The translations under genes were made by a program, and so were the position numbers. This document shows positions 11,200 to 23,504 of a stretch of DNA of 64,000 bases, one piece after another (the stretch's first letter is position 1; each line of letters begins with the position of its first letter). The notes under the pieces were generated by a model. That model ran no database searches and was not told where the DNA came from. It worked only from the letters and a program-made list of their open reading frames with translations. The stretch comes from Macrostomum lignano (lineage: Eukaryota): the NCBI GenBank assembly GCA_002269645.1, contig NIVC01000103.1:186001-250000 (forward strand), written 5' to 3'.

Positions 11200-12422
11200 G
11201 AATAATGAATTAAAATGAATAACATAATCAAAAAATTGATGCGATTTTGCGTACAAACACTTTTGCATCAATTTTCAATCGTGTGTCAATCGAACAGTAT
11301 GTACATGTAACAAGGACCGCCGAGAATTGCCCGCCGAGAATTGCCCGCCGAGAATTGCCCGCCGAGAATTGCCCGCCGAGTTTTTCCCGCCGAGAATTTC
11401 CCGCTGAGTTTTTCCCGCCGAGAATTGCCCGCTGAGTTTTTCCCGCCGAGAATTGCCCGCTGAGTTTTTCCCGCCGAGAATTGCCCGCTGAGTTTTTCCC
11501 GCCGAGAATTGCCCGCTGAGTTTTTCCCGCCGAGAATTGCCCGCCGAGAATTGCCCGCCGAGAATTGCCCGCCGAGAATTTCCCGCCGAGAATTGCCCGC
11601 CGAGTTTTTCCCGCCGAGAATTGCCCGCTGAGTTTTTCCCGCCGAGAATTGCCCGCCGAGAATTTCCCGCCGAGAATTGCCCGCCGAGTTTTTCCCGCCG
11701 AGAATTGCCCGCCAAGAATTGCCCGCCGAGGTTTGCCCGCCGAGAATTGCCCGCCTAGTTTTTCCCGCCGAGAATTGCCCGCGATGTTTTTTTCTGCAGC
11801 GCATTTGGCAGCTGGATTCTGTCTGCAATGCCCCCCCCCAAAAAAAATGCATTTGATTTGCAGTCTCACTATCAAAACATTTTGATCGGGTAAATCTCTT
11901 TGTTAAAACTTACTGCATTGGGGAGGCGATGCAGACAAAATCTGCCGCGTGGCCAAAATACGCTGCAGGAAAAAAGCAATGCGGGAAAATCTCGGCGGGC
12001 AAACCTCGGCGGGAAAAACTCGGCGGGCAATTCTCATGGACCCTAGACACTGTATATGGAGTTCTTACATGACCCCAACCATATACCGTACGTTCGTAGT
12101 ACGCTCGTGTTAGTATCAGTATAGCTTTATGTACAGGAAAATATAGACGTTTGCAACACACGCAGCAGTACTGTATACTAGTATTCTTTAGAAATATGCA
12201 CTTGCATATCACACAAAGAGATTCACCATCCTGCTGCTAGGTAAAAGTTAAGTATATGCAACAGTTCTTAAATACAGTTCAAATTAATAAATTGATTGAA
12301 TAATGAATTAAAATGAATGAGATATAAATCAAACAAAATTGGATGCGATTTTGCGTACAAACACTTTTGCATCAATTTTCAATCGTGTGTCAATCGAATA
12401 GTATGTACATGTAACAAGGACC
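11200..12422. repeat. ~120-bp direct repeat pair bracketing the foldback element
   Basis: 11200-11318 and 12298-12422 share GAATAATGAATTAAAATGAAT...GATGCGATTTTGCGTACAAACACTTTTGCATCAATTTTCAATCGTGTGTCAATCGAA.AGTATGTACATGTAACAAGGACC. Confidence 0.9.
11319..12035. mobile_element. Foldback/MITE-like element with internally repetitive inverted arms
   Basis: The left arm is a ~14-bp GCCGAGAATTGCCC array (11319-11780) plus a unique segment (11780-11850). The right arm (11915-12035) is an imperfect reverse complement of the unique segment plus a few repeat units (CTCGGCGGGCAATTCTC). Confidence 0.6.
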
Positions 12423-12758
12423 TCATGGTAGTTATAAGTCTAGCCTAGTTTTCTTTAGTTATCGCTGCGGTGAGATGAGGCTATAAAAATTCAATGCATA
12501 AGAATAACAAAAACATGTTTACACCATCTGTTTTGCCACGTGCCCTGCAGCTACACTATCATCGCACAACCTTTTGTAAAAACCGTGGTTGCCATACTTG
12601 AAAAAAACAACAGATATAAAATGTCTCTTGCAGTTTTTTTCAGTAATTGTTTTCTTAACGAGGTCAATGCTAAAAATAGAACAACATAACATGCTCGTTG
12701 TACTCGTTGCGAACGCCAAAAGATAGACTGCAATATCGCAAGCTGATTGTCCACGCAG

Positions 12759-15700
12759 TTAATACTGATGGTAGATGTCAGGTCTGTAAAGTGTTGAATA
12801 ATTAAAACTCTGCCGGGGTTTTGATTCCTGGCAAATAATTTTAGCATGTCTTAAAACAGCAGCAAACTTACGGTCTCACGTTAGCCACCGACTGGGATCT
12901 GGAATTGGATGGAGGATCCCATTTGAGGCTACTAGACACTGCATAGGGTGATAGTTTGAAATCTGATCGACTTGTCAAATCAGTGTCAGATTATAAGCAC
13001 TTTACGTATTCTCACCTGGAAGCCGTCACGTCTGAGTAGATCGGCTCATCCGAAGCGCTGTAAGATTACAATAAATAACCAATTAAACAGGTAATAAAAA
13101 ATCTCATCTCAAATTTTCCTCGGCCACGTGCTATGTGTAAATATAACAATTGGATGAGCCTAAACATGCAGAAAATTTAAGATAGGACGTCAGGCCTTGT
13201 CGCTTCCTGGTTCGCTTTCCCACGGAGCAAAAAGAGGTTTCCCTGAAAAAACAGTATAACAAAAAACAGCACAGATTTCTGCTTGGGAAACTCACGGATT
13301 CGCGTAGACATAGTTGTCGAAGTGTTCGGGAGAGCCTGCAGAGGAGCCGCTGGTGGGCCTGGAAATATAATTCTACCGATTGTAACAATAAATTCTTGAG
13401 GGATCAATGTCTAGAGTTAACAATGTCTGGACCGCTGTTCAACAAAAGAACATTAATAGCAGGAAAACGTACGCTCGTAACGCGTAAAATAACGGAGAAC
13501 TCCTCTGAAGGCTGTTCTGAACGTTAACGACACGGTAAATGTACGTCTTCATACATGATACGTTCGTACATGTAATAGCAGTGGCCCTTTGCTAAACAGC
13601 GGCTCTGACATTAATATGGACAATGCAAGTATTAAGCAGAGGCAAAAAAACTCACCTGGAAAGTCGACCGCTCTTTACCAGAGCAACACCTGCGACCACT
13701 GCGACTAGCAGAACGCAACCAGCGACGGAGGCGCTAGAAACGATGATGGACTTCTGCCAGGCATCGAGACCAGAGTTGGCGGCTGACTCAGCCACCGCTC
13801 GCAGCTCGCAGGCCGCTCCTGAGAAACCTGGAGCACAGCTGCATCGATGCCGACCTGTCGGGGCCACCTGACAGCTGCCACCGTTGAGGCACACAGCCGA
13901 AGTGTTTGAGGAATCGCTGCAATTCACCCAGTCGGGGCCGAGCTCGCATCGGCTGCCGCTAAAAGCGGGCAGGCAGAGACACTTCATGCCTCCGCTGTCA
14001 GCTGACAGGGTGCAGGTCCCGTTGTTGGCGCAGTAGCCATCGGTGCACAGCGACTCCTGGCAACGACTGCCGTTGAAGCCTCGCTGGCATTCACAGGTGA
14101 AACCGCCGAAGTTATTCTTACAAGTGCCGCCATTCTGACAAGGTGAAGCATCCAATGAGCACTCGTCAACATCCTTGTCACAGAACTGTCCTGAGAAGCC
14201 GCTTGAGCAGTGGCAGCTAAAGTTCCCAAAACTGTTCTCGCAGGTTCCGCCGTTTTTGCAGGGCGCTGGCAAAGTTGCGCACTCGTCGACATCGAGCTCG
14301 CACAGGCGACCAGAGAATCCAGATGGACAGCGGCAGCTGAAGCCTCCAGCTGTGTTTGCGCAGGTTCCGCCGTTCGCGCATCTGGGCGATGTCTGCAAGC
14401 ACTCGTCGATGTCCAGTTCGCACTGACGTCCAGTGAAGCCTGACGAGCACTGGCAGCTGAAGTTACCAAAACTGTTGGTGCAATTGGCTCCGTTTAGGCG
14501 AGTGCCTGGCGACAGACACTCGTTGATGTCTTGATCGCACAGAGTTCCTGTGAGTCCCGATGGACAGCTGCAAATGAAACTGCCTGGCCTATTCAAGCAG
14601 GTGCCACCATTGGAGCACGGTGAGCTTAGGCACTCATCAACGTCCTGTTCACAAAGTCTGCCTGAATATCCATCAGCACACTCACAGGTGAAGTTTCCAA
14701 AGGTGTTTGTACAAGTGCCGCCGTTTGAGCAAGGCGATTTCAAGCACTCATTGACGTCCTCGTTGCAGAGTCTTCCTGTGTATCCAGATGTACACTCACA
14801 GGTGAAGTTTCCAAAGGTGTTTGTACAAGTGCCGCCGTTTGAGCAAGGCGACTTCAAGCACTCATTGATGTCCTTGTTGCAGAGTCTTCCTGTGTATCCA
14901 GATGTACACTCACAGGTGAAGTTTCCAAAGGTGTTTATACAAGTAGCACCGTTTGAGCAAGGTGACTTCAAGCACTCATTGATGTCCTTGTTGCAGAGTC
15001 TTCCTGTGTATCCAGATGTACACTCACAGGTGAAGTTTCCAAAGGTGTTTATACAAGTAGCACCGTTTGAGCAAGGCGACTTCAAGCACTCATTGATGTC
15101 CTCGTTGCAGAGTCTTCCTGTGAATCCCGGAAGGCACAAGCAAGTGTAGCTTCCAAAGGTGTTCACACAGGTGCCACCATTCGCGCACGGAGACGTCAAG
15201 CATTCATCGACGTCCTGGTCACAAAGTCCACCCGTATATCCAGGCTTACACTGACAGGTAAAGTTCCCAAATGAGTTCGTACAGGTTCCGCCGTTCACGC
15301 AAGGAGACGTCGTGCACTCGTCAAAGTCCTCGTCACAGTGCGTACCTGTGAATCCCGGACTACAATCACAGGAATAATTCCCAAAACCGTTCACACAAGT
15401 AGCACCGTTTGAGCAGTTAGAGATTCCAGTAGCGCACTCGTCCACATCAAGGTGACAGTGAGTGCCAGTAAAACCAGGAGAGCAGATGCACATGTAGCTA
15501 CCAAAAGTGTTTTCACAGGTGCCTCCGTTTAGACAAGGATTTGCGCCAGTTGCACACTCGTTGACGTCAGTCTCACAGCGACTGCCGGTGAAGTTCGCTG
15601 GACATGCGCAGTTGGCAACTCGGCCAACATCCGAGCAGGTACCGCCGTTCTTACAGGGACTGACCAAGCAGGGCCTCAGCTGTTTGCAGCTGTCTCCCAT

Positions 15701-17335
15701 CCAACCTGCAGTTCAATGATGAGCATCAGTTGAATATCAGCAAACTGATAACGTGGGGCTAATAAATTCGAAGAATTAGGCCACTCACCTTCCATGCACA
15801 CCTTGCCGCCATTCGAATCACAAGTATAGTGACCCGTGGCATTGTCATTGTGCGGTTCGCAGAAGGTGTTGCAATCCTGGCCATAGTACTTGTCGTAGCA
15901 GCTGAACCAGTAGGCTAGTATGAGTCTGTGCGACGTTGTCGGATTGCTCAGCTCCAAGTTGGTTTTCGTGGCGCTCTTCTTGGCGATCAGAGTTGCCGAG
16001 AAGGTGTCCATCGGGTCGTCTGGAGGAATTGGATCTCTGTCCGTCACCATCACCGTGATGTACAGGTAGCCCTGGAGGAGAGCAATGGGGAGAGGACTTC
16101 GGTCAGCCCAGACTTTTGTATCCTGAGAAATCTGCACCCTTTCTCTGCCTCTACTTTGGTTACCGACAGAAAAACCGCCTCTCTGATTAACGAATTTCCC
16201 GTTTCGGAAAATGCTGACGTGGGGTATATGAATCTAGGGTTCGTGAAAGTGCTTTCTTCACCCAAGCTATACAGTGTAGCCCGCCAGCAATTGCAAAGCC
16301 AATAAGGATACTCATTGTGACAGTCTCACCGGGTTTTCATACTTCATTGCTATCGGCACAGGATTTGAGACGTCGCCAAATTTGCTACCAAAATTGACGG
16401 AATCCGTGTTTGAGTATTCACCAGCTTGTTGATAGTCGTGTAGGCCGTTGCTGCAAGATTGAGAGCAGGTGAAGCATATAGTCACCTATAAGAGATACTT
16501 AAAAATAGCCGTAGAGCTCACCCTCCAGGTGTCGCCCTGTCCGCTACGAGCCTGAATGACGGGTCGCAGGGTGACTGCCAGAAAAAGCCGAACGTGTCGC
16601 AGTAGGTGCCGTCCAGGCAACGGCTGTCGTGGTTTTTGTAGGTGTAGAACTGAATCTGCATGTAGCCTGCGCCTGCCGCCTGCGTGAAGGACGAAAGTGT
16701 TGCATGACTGTTTACTGAGTATAGAGTAAGGTTGGTACAGGTGGGCTAGTACTTTAGTAGTCCAGTTATGTAATACGGTGCAGAGACAGTATGGCTACAG
16801 GTACAGGTGTGCTGCAGTTACAGTATGCCTACAGTATGGCTATGGGTACAGGTGTGTTGCAGTTACAGTAGTATGCCTACAGTATGGCTATGGGTACAGG
16901 TGTGCTGCAGTTACAGTAGTATGCCTACAGTATGTCTCTGGGTGCAGGAGTGCTACAGTTACAGTAGTATGTCTACAGTATGTCTCTGGGTACAGGTGTG
17001 CTGCAGTTACAGTAGTATGTCTACAGTATGTCTCTGGGTACAGGTGTGCTGCAGTTACAGTAGTATGTCTACAGTATGTCTCTGGGTACAGGTGTGCTGC
17101 AGTTACAGTAGTATGTCTACAGTATGTCTCTGGGTACAGGTGTGCTGCAGTTACAGTAGTATGTCTACAGTACAGGTTGTGCTGCAGTTACAGGTAGTAA
17201 AGTTTGTGTAAAACATGTCATGTAGTTATACAGAAGATTTAACTATGCAATAATACTCACAGTCCTTGACAGCATGATCAAAACAAGAACGATTGCGCAA
17301 CCAATTTTGCACAGCGAGATGCTCGTCTGCATCAT
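12759..17335 (-). CDS. DSL-domain (Delta/Serrate-like) single-pass membrane protein: signal peptide, C2/MNNL-like region, DSL, 16 EGF repeats, TM, short tail
   Basis: Exons 17335-17261 ([25 protein letters not shown]), 16679-16522, 16450-16330, 16071-15789 (ending [38 protein letters not shown]), 15705-13656 (WMGDSC + 16 EGF + [27 protein letters not shown]), 13057-13016, 12928-12872 and 12783-12759. Phases are consistent throughout. The last three small exons are less certain. Confidence 0.88.
16780..17190. repeat. 48-bp minisatellite in DSL gene intron 1
   Basis: Units GTGCTGCAGTTACAGTAGTATGTCTACAGTATGTCTCTGGGTACAGGT. They generate ORFs 16778-17197 and 16807-17211. Confidence 0.9.
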
Positions 17336-18180
17336 AACAATTCTATTGGAATACGGAGTTATTAATGACGTCAGAGACAGCTCTGGTTACGTGCGTATTC
17401 TAAAACCTAGCGTCTTGATTATACATTGCCATATTTATACACACAGGAAATTTACAATCCTGCTGTTTTCCATAAACAGGCCAAATTTCTGTTATGCAGA
17501 TGCCGCTGAACATAAAAAACATAACAATTTTTGAGCGAAAATTCGAGAAGTGTCCCATTGGCTTAGTGCCTTTTCAGGAAAGCTTGGATGCCATCGTGTT
17601 TACCACGCTTTTCGGCATAAATATTTTCTTTGAAAGGCAAGACAAAAGTAAAAACTGATGGCCGAGTGTCTGTTTGACCCCTGCAGACAATGATTTATTT
17701 TTAGAGTTTGAAAAAGTGGGCACAATGAAAAAATGGGGCAACAGTTGTGCGAAATTTTGAAGTTAAGAATAACAAACAAAGCTCAAGCTGGCTCCCCAGA
17801 GAATGCCTGGTAGACAGACACTTAGAAAGTTGAGCTCTCTTTTGCATTCTCTAAAGATTGGTGGAAATCATGGACTATGTGCTATAAGTATTTTTTCGCG
17901 TGGATCGTGTTCATGAAGCCCTAAAAGTGGCATCTGGAGTGGAAGCTGAGCAGAGATTTTTTGACGACTTTATCGAATCAAGACGGGATTTTTGTCTGTG
18001 AGCTGGCCACTGAGATGAGGGAAGGAAATATTTATCAGAGTTTGCCGGACTGCCAAGTACGAGTAAAAAGTGCAATCCAGGCACATTGTCTTTTCGAGTT
18101 AGCTCGTACTCACAAGACTATCACTAAGACACTCAATGTGGCGTATACAGTGCAGCGAACGCATGTTTTCAACCTATTTT

Positions 18181-21100
18181 TCAAGGCTGCAGCTTCCAGA
18201 CGCGAACGTACTCGTAGTTCACCTGCATTGCGGTCTCGTCGTTCTCGTCTGTCCAGGTGGGCAGCCACAGGTGCTTGGCGCTGTAGAAGTTGCCCATCGC
18301 ATTGCCGTCGGTGTTGCGCCAAGGCTTCGGGTAGGGCGAGTTGGTCAGCTCGTGCCGAAGTAGTTCACACCGCCGACCGCCACGTTCATGATGATGTAGA
18401 AGGGCTTGTCGAACGGGGCCAGACGGGTCGCTCCGCCCGACGCTTTCCACGGGTTCCAGGTCGCTTTGTCAAGCGGCTGCTGGGTCTTCTCGTCCACCCA
18501 GAACTTCTTGCCGTACTCCCAGAAGCCCTTGGGCGGGTTGACCGTCATGACGTGCTTGCCGTCGAGGGAGAAGCTGTTGCCAAAGGTATTGCCGCCGCTT
18601 AGGTTCCTGGAATTTTTCAGTTATGGAAAATTCGTTTAAAACTGCATTGCTTATTGCTTTTAATACATGTCTACTACAGGTCTGGTGGCACAGATTTCGA
18701 CAAGAGATCGCGATAGGCCCCTAATTACGGTAAGATTTTGGAGGCAAGGTTAGGGCCTAGAATGTTGGTCTCTCTCATTGAGCGACGGGTCCTCACTGCA
18801 TGTACTTCTAACCCAAATTAACCTCGTTCTCATACCTACTAAAAATCGGACATATCCCTTGTGAGAAGAAGCACGACTGCACATTCTATTGTAGCTTCAT
18901 GTGCTTTATTTCATAAACGTTACTATTCACTATTGTCAGCTTCTTAAAGCTGCCCTAAATCGACCAGCCCTAAGCTTTCTAGCCTAAGAATATTATCATC
19001 CCTTTGAGCAGTGGCAGCATAGCCTCCTCTAAACCCTTTGCATCTCAACATTCCACACTGTTCGATCAGCAACTCCTCCCCTTAAGACATAGGCAAACCC
19101 ATAAACCTATAAACATTGTCCAGCAAGCGACTGCCGCTTGAGCCTTGGCATCTCAGCAAAGTCAAAATCTGTTATGCGAAACTGACAACTCGTACATGAA
19201 GCTGTGAGAGCCCATCAATGCTCACTTTGTGGCATGAGTCTTCGAGTAGCCATTGTAAGGCCACTTGGGTCCCCAGTGCAGAGTCATGTCCATCTGGTCG
19301 ATTCCGACGCTCTGACCGTCGGGACCCCGCAGGTTACGGTTGCCTCGGGCCTCGACCAGGTTGATCTCACCTGAGGCTGGTTACTCGCCATACTCGTTGC
19401 GCCGCGGCAGCAGCCAGATGGCGGGCCAGATCCAGTCTCTGGTGGGCATCTTGGCCTCAACCTGCCATGACGGAAAGAACACATGGTGGCACAAGGACTA
19501 CTCGATTTGAAGGTTGATTTTGAAATGCTCACAAAGAAGCAACATGACTCAAGATCAATTGTGACTGGCAAAGCATGCGCATAGAGGAATGGCAAGTCAG
19601 CCAGCACTCAGTCTGTATCACCTGAAAACCTGATGCTGCAAAGATCTCAAAGTTGACAAAAATGACTCCAAATATTTTACAACGTGATCTTACATTACAT
19701 CACCACCTGAGTCTTTAAATATGAAGCTCTATGGAAATTAACTGCCGCAATTTGACTTTTGACCGCCAGTGACATTTGACTGTCAGTGTCAGTTGACTGC
19801 CAGTGTCAGTTGACTGCCAGTGTCATTTGACTGCCAGTGACATTTGACTGTCAGTGTCATTTGACTGCCAGTGACATTTGACTGCCAGTGTCAGTTGACT
19901 GCCAGTGACATTTGACTGTCAGTGTCATTTGACTGCCAGTGACATTTGACTGCCAGTGTCAGTTGACTGCCAGTGAGATTTTGATAGCCAGTAACATTTT
20001 GACTGCCACTGATATTTTTACTACTGAAAATATGACTGTGAATTTACCCATAAATGACTAGGAATTTATCTCTAAAGGACTAGGAATTTATCCCTAAATG
20101 ACTAGGAATTTATTCCTGACGCTAAACCTAACTCTGGCATTAAATCTAACCAAACCTCAACACCAACCCTAACCCAAGCCTAAGCAGTCGGGAGTCGATT
20201 TGTGGCTATCGAATGAAAGCATCTCAAGTCTCCACTTCACCCTGACTTCGATACGTCCGTAGCGGAATGCGAAGTTGTTGACGGTGCGCAGTCGGGCGGA
20301 CTGGATCGGGTTGACAATGTTGCCGCCTCCCGCAGTCCTGGAGCAGCCCACCCACCGGTTTCCGGGGCACAGATTAGCTGGTGAGCTGCCCCACAGCTCC
20401 AGATGGCCGTTGCGGACGAACTCTTCGCCACGATCCTCGGCGGTCAGGGTCGGCTTGATGAACAGCTTGCCAACGCGGGTAGTTCCTTCGGTTGTTGTGG
20501 TAGTACTGGAACTCTTTGTGTTGAAAGTTGATCAGCACAAGTTGATCAGACAGGATATCGATTAGAAACAGAAATCAAAACAGAGATGTATCCTCTGCTT
20601 GCCCCTACTTGCCGATGCCTAAAACAAAAGGTTTTCATTCTTTCGCCTTCAAAACCAGGTCCATATGGCTTATTGTTTCTGACATAAAGCTTGATCCAAG
20701 AGCAACATGAAACACCCAGAAAGCCACGTACAAAGCCCAGGTGAAATAAACAAAAAGGAGCAGAGAAAAGGGCTCTACAAGATTAGGATGTAAGAACGGC
20801 AAGCGATCTTGCTGTGACCCTTACATCGCCACCTCCAGCCGTGATCTCGCGCTCCCATTTGTCAAAGTCAAGGAAGTCGAAATTGTCTTCAAACACTAAG
20901 CAGGGATAGCCTGTGCACACCTCTAAAAATATTGTCGGTAGATGCTGATTGATTTGAGAAATTTCAAACAAACGTTTGAACCTGCGTCGAACCTGCGATG
21001 TAAACCTCCAGGAAGCAACATTACAGCGGCATCGCAAACCAACGGCTTGGCAATGTCCAATGCAATTTGCGGGTTACATTAACTAAATAACTCACCTGCG

Positions 21101-21710
21101 GGAGGGACATTGGTAGGCGGTACTGGGCCGCCATGCAGTAGCATGCGTTCCCTGAATTGGCTGAGGTCCTTGAGTCGGCTGAGGTCCTTTCGAGGTTGTG
21201 GTCGGCGGCGGGGACGTTGTGGTGGTGTTTGGCGGCGCTGTCCTGTACTCCCAGCGCTGTCCGGTTCGCTGGAACCCCTGACCGTTGACGATGGCCACGT
21301 ACCAGTAGGAGACATAGTCTCCGTCTTTGAGGTTCACCCGCTGCCGGTGCACCAGCTGGTTGTTAACGGCATCGCGCAGGTCGACGTTCACGTCGCCAAC
21401 TTCGACGCCACTTAAGAGCTTGTTGATGGAGTAGTGCAGTCCAATGAGGCTGGCTCCGCTGCCTGATGTTTTTAGTAGATTTTTTGGTTAATTTTCGTTT
21501 ACCCAACAATCCATGGAAACCCAACCAGAAGATGTCTTGGGCAATTATCAAATAAAAGATCAAGGATTAGAGAGACATAAGGCACAGCTGCCACCAAATT
21601 AAAGACCAAAACAACGAAATAAGCAGAGAATCCCTCGTACTCACTAGTAAAGGCAAACTGCAGTTCCTGGCGGCTGTAGCGGGCACAGTTACATCGTTGG
21701 TGGCAGAGCC
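18181..21710 (-). pseudogene. Tandem pseudogene copy of the CBM39-GH16 beta-1,3-glucanase gene
   Basis: Exon-by-exon paralog of 23505-26149 with multiple lesions: no ATG/signal peptide in the exon-1 remnant (~21645-21710); a 4-nt insertion near the end of exon 2; a lost acceptor and 5-nt deletion in exon 4; TGG>TAA stop and catalytic EIDLVE>EINLVE in exon 5 (~19350-19385); exon 6/7 fusion by deletion; and a 1-nt deletion at ~18350. Confidence 0.9.
19755..20020. repeat. ~18-bp minisatellite in pseudogene intron
   Basis: Repeated TGACTGCCAGTG(T/A)CA(G/T)T units. Confidence 0.8.
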
Positions 21711-21829
21711 TGTGGTACAGTTTTAGTGTATTAAATATATATATAACAGCTTAAAGGAGAAAGGTAGACGCAAGGAGCTATCACGGTTCCCGAACTGCTG
21801 CGACAAGCGCAAAAATGTTTATTTAAATG

Positions 21830-22105
21830 CGCGGTGCTTTGATGTGCCAGCGGCCCAGGCTCGATTCCAAGTGCAGTCACACAATAATTTGGGGCTGAAT
21901 TGGAATCTCGGCTTGGCTCTGCTCGCGTAATTAACGGCCTTGAGAGCCAACCCCTAAGGCTGTGCGTATGACTGCGTACGTAACCACACGCTTGCGTGCC
22001 TGCTCACTGCTTAGGGCAGTCGGCGGAATGAGCAGTAATGCCTCTTGCTGGTTGTGCGACAATGTCGCTTAAAGTGCGCCATGGAGCACACAGCGCACTA
22101 TCTCG
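21830..22105 (+). mobile_element. SINE copy (5'-degenerate), same family as 33595-33956
   Basis: Shares TGTGCCAGCG.CCCAGGCTCGATTCCAAGTGCAGTCAC...GGGGCTGAATTGGAATCTCGGCTTGGCTCTGCTCG...GAGAGCCAACCCC.AAGGC and the 3' part AAAGTGCGCCA with the full copy. Confidence 0.8.
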
Positions 22106-23504
22106 AACGTAAAAACACGATCGAATAGCAACTTACTAAGAAAAACGAACTGCGATTCCCGACCCTCGTAGCAGGCGTAAACTTGGCAGGCGAATTCATT
22201 TCTAAAGAAATTTGGCCGTTTCAGTTATACTGAGAGTGAAAGACCGGTTATCACAAGATTATATGGAAGCTTGTATAAATATACACAAAGGTCATACGGT
22301 ACGATCGTTAAGAAGACGGTGCGGTTACATGTATTTTTCAAACAGTAAGGCGAATCTGCAGTGGCTTTCAGCTGTTATGAACGAATGTATAGCTGGGCAC
22401 GCAGTTAATCAGGTGTATATACTCTACCAACTACCCTAATTTTTTATGAGGCAGGTATACTACGAGTAGTAGCTAGTTTGCATTCTTGTACTTACGGCTT
22501 TTAAATATGAATTTATGGGTTTTTTTGGGCGTTAAGGCCGGTTTAAATTACCCCGAGCAGCTCCGTGGGGCAAATACTGCTCAAATAAATAAACAGTATA
22601 TGCATTTGCACTACTGCTAGTAGGTTTAGCCTAGGAAAATATCAGAGTTGGGCTTAATTAGGGATTTCTATAGAAATAGGAAGCGGTTGGGGACTCAAGG
22701 ATAAACTTTTGTTTTACTGTATCTTCAGATAAAAAATATAAAGTTCCAGTTGGATCCCATGGTAACTTATTCACGTCAACCCGAGGAAAATGGCGCGGAA
22801 GAGCTGATATTGATTAATCTGAATGATCTGATTGACTAAAAGCTTACGTGATTGTAATAATGTTATTCTTCTGTATTTAATCCCACATAAAATGGTTAGG
22901 GAATCTCAGGAATTATAATGTGGGCAGCGTAGTACAAATCTAAATAAACCAGTAGCCCTTATCCAATATTTGCGGTGGTGACAAAGAAAAAAGCTAAATA
23001 GAAACGCATGTAGAAGATTTACCGTTTCAAGTGGCGTCAAATCACGCTTTGAAATCTTACACAAACAAAAAAGTAGCAATGTAGATTGACAAGTTTGAAA
23101 TTGTTTTTGATCGTCAGCCAAGCTTTATTTGTCGTGCATCTGTCCATTTTGATATTGAGACGAGACACTAGATTTGCATTTCCCCGTTTGTCATCGAACT
23201 TGCAGCTGCTTATGTTATGCTGAGGAAAGATATTTACTAGTGTCGTAGGCAACTCTTTTTCTTGAGCCCGACTACAACTTCTGCCTCGAAAATTTCATCA
23301 AAAACTCAAGCCACGCATAGAGAGTTCAATGAAAGAGAGAAACAAGTAAGTTTACTCGTAGTAACTGAAAATGCAGGTACAAGTATTTTATGGGTTTCGA
23401 TTTGGTATCTTTGTATTTGACTTAGGTACAACTTGAATTGAGTTAAAAATCAAACTACAAGATCTCATCACAAAGCCAATATAATGCAGTCTTAATCGAG
23501 TCTT

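Noticed and set aside
17961-21415. Plus-strand ORFs over the glucanase exons (e.g. 17961-18602, 20275-20565, 21110-21415; likewise 23725-25650 over the intact copy)
   Set aside because: They are antisense shadows of GC-rich minus-strand coding exons.
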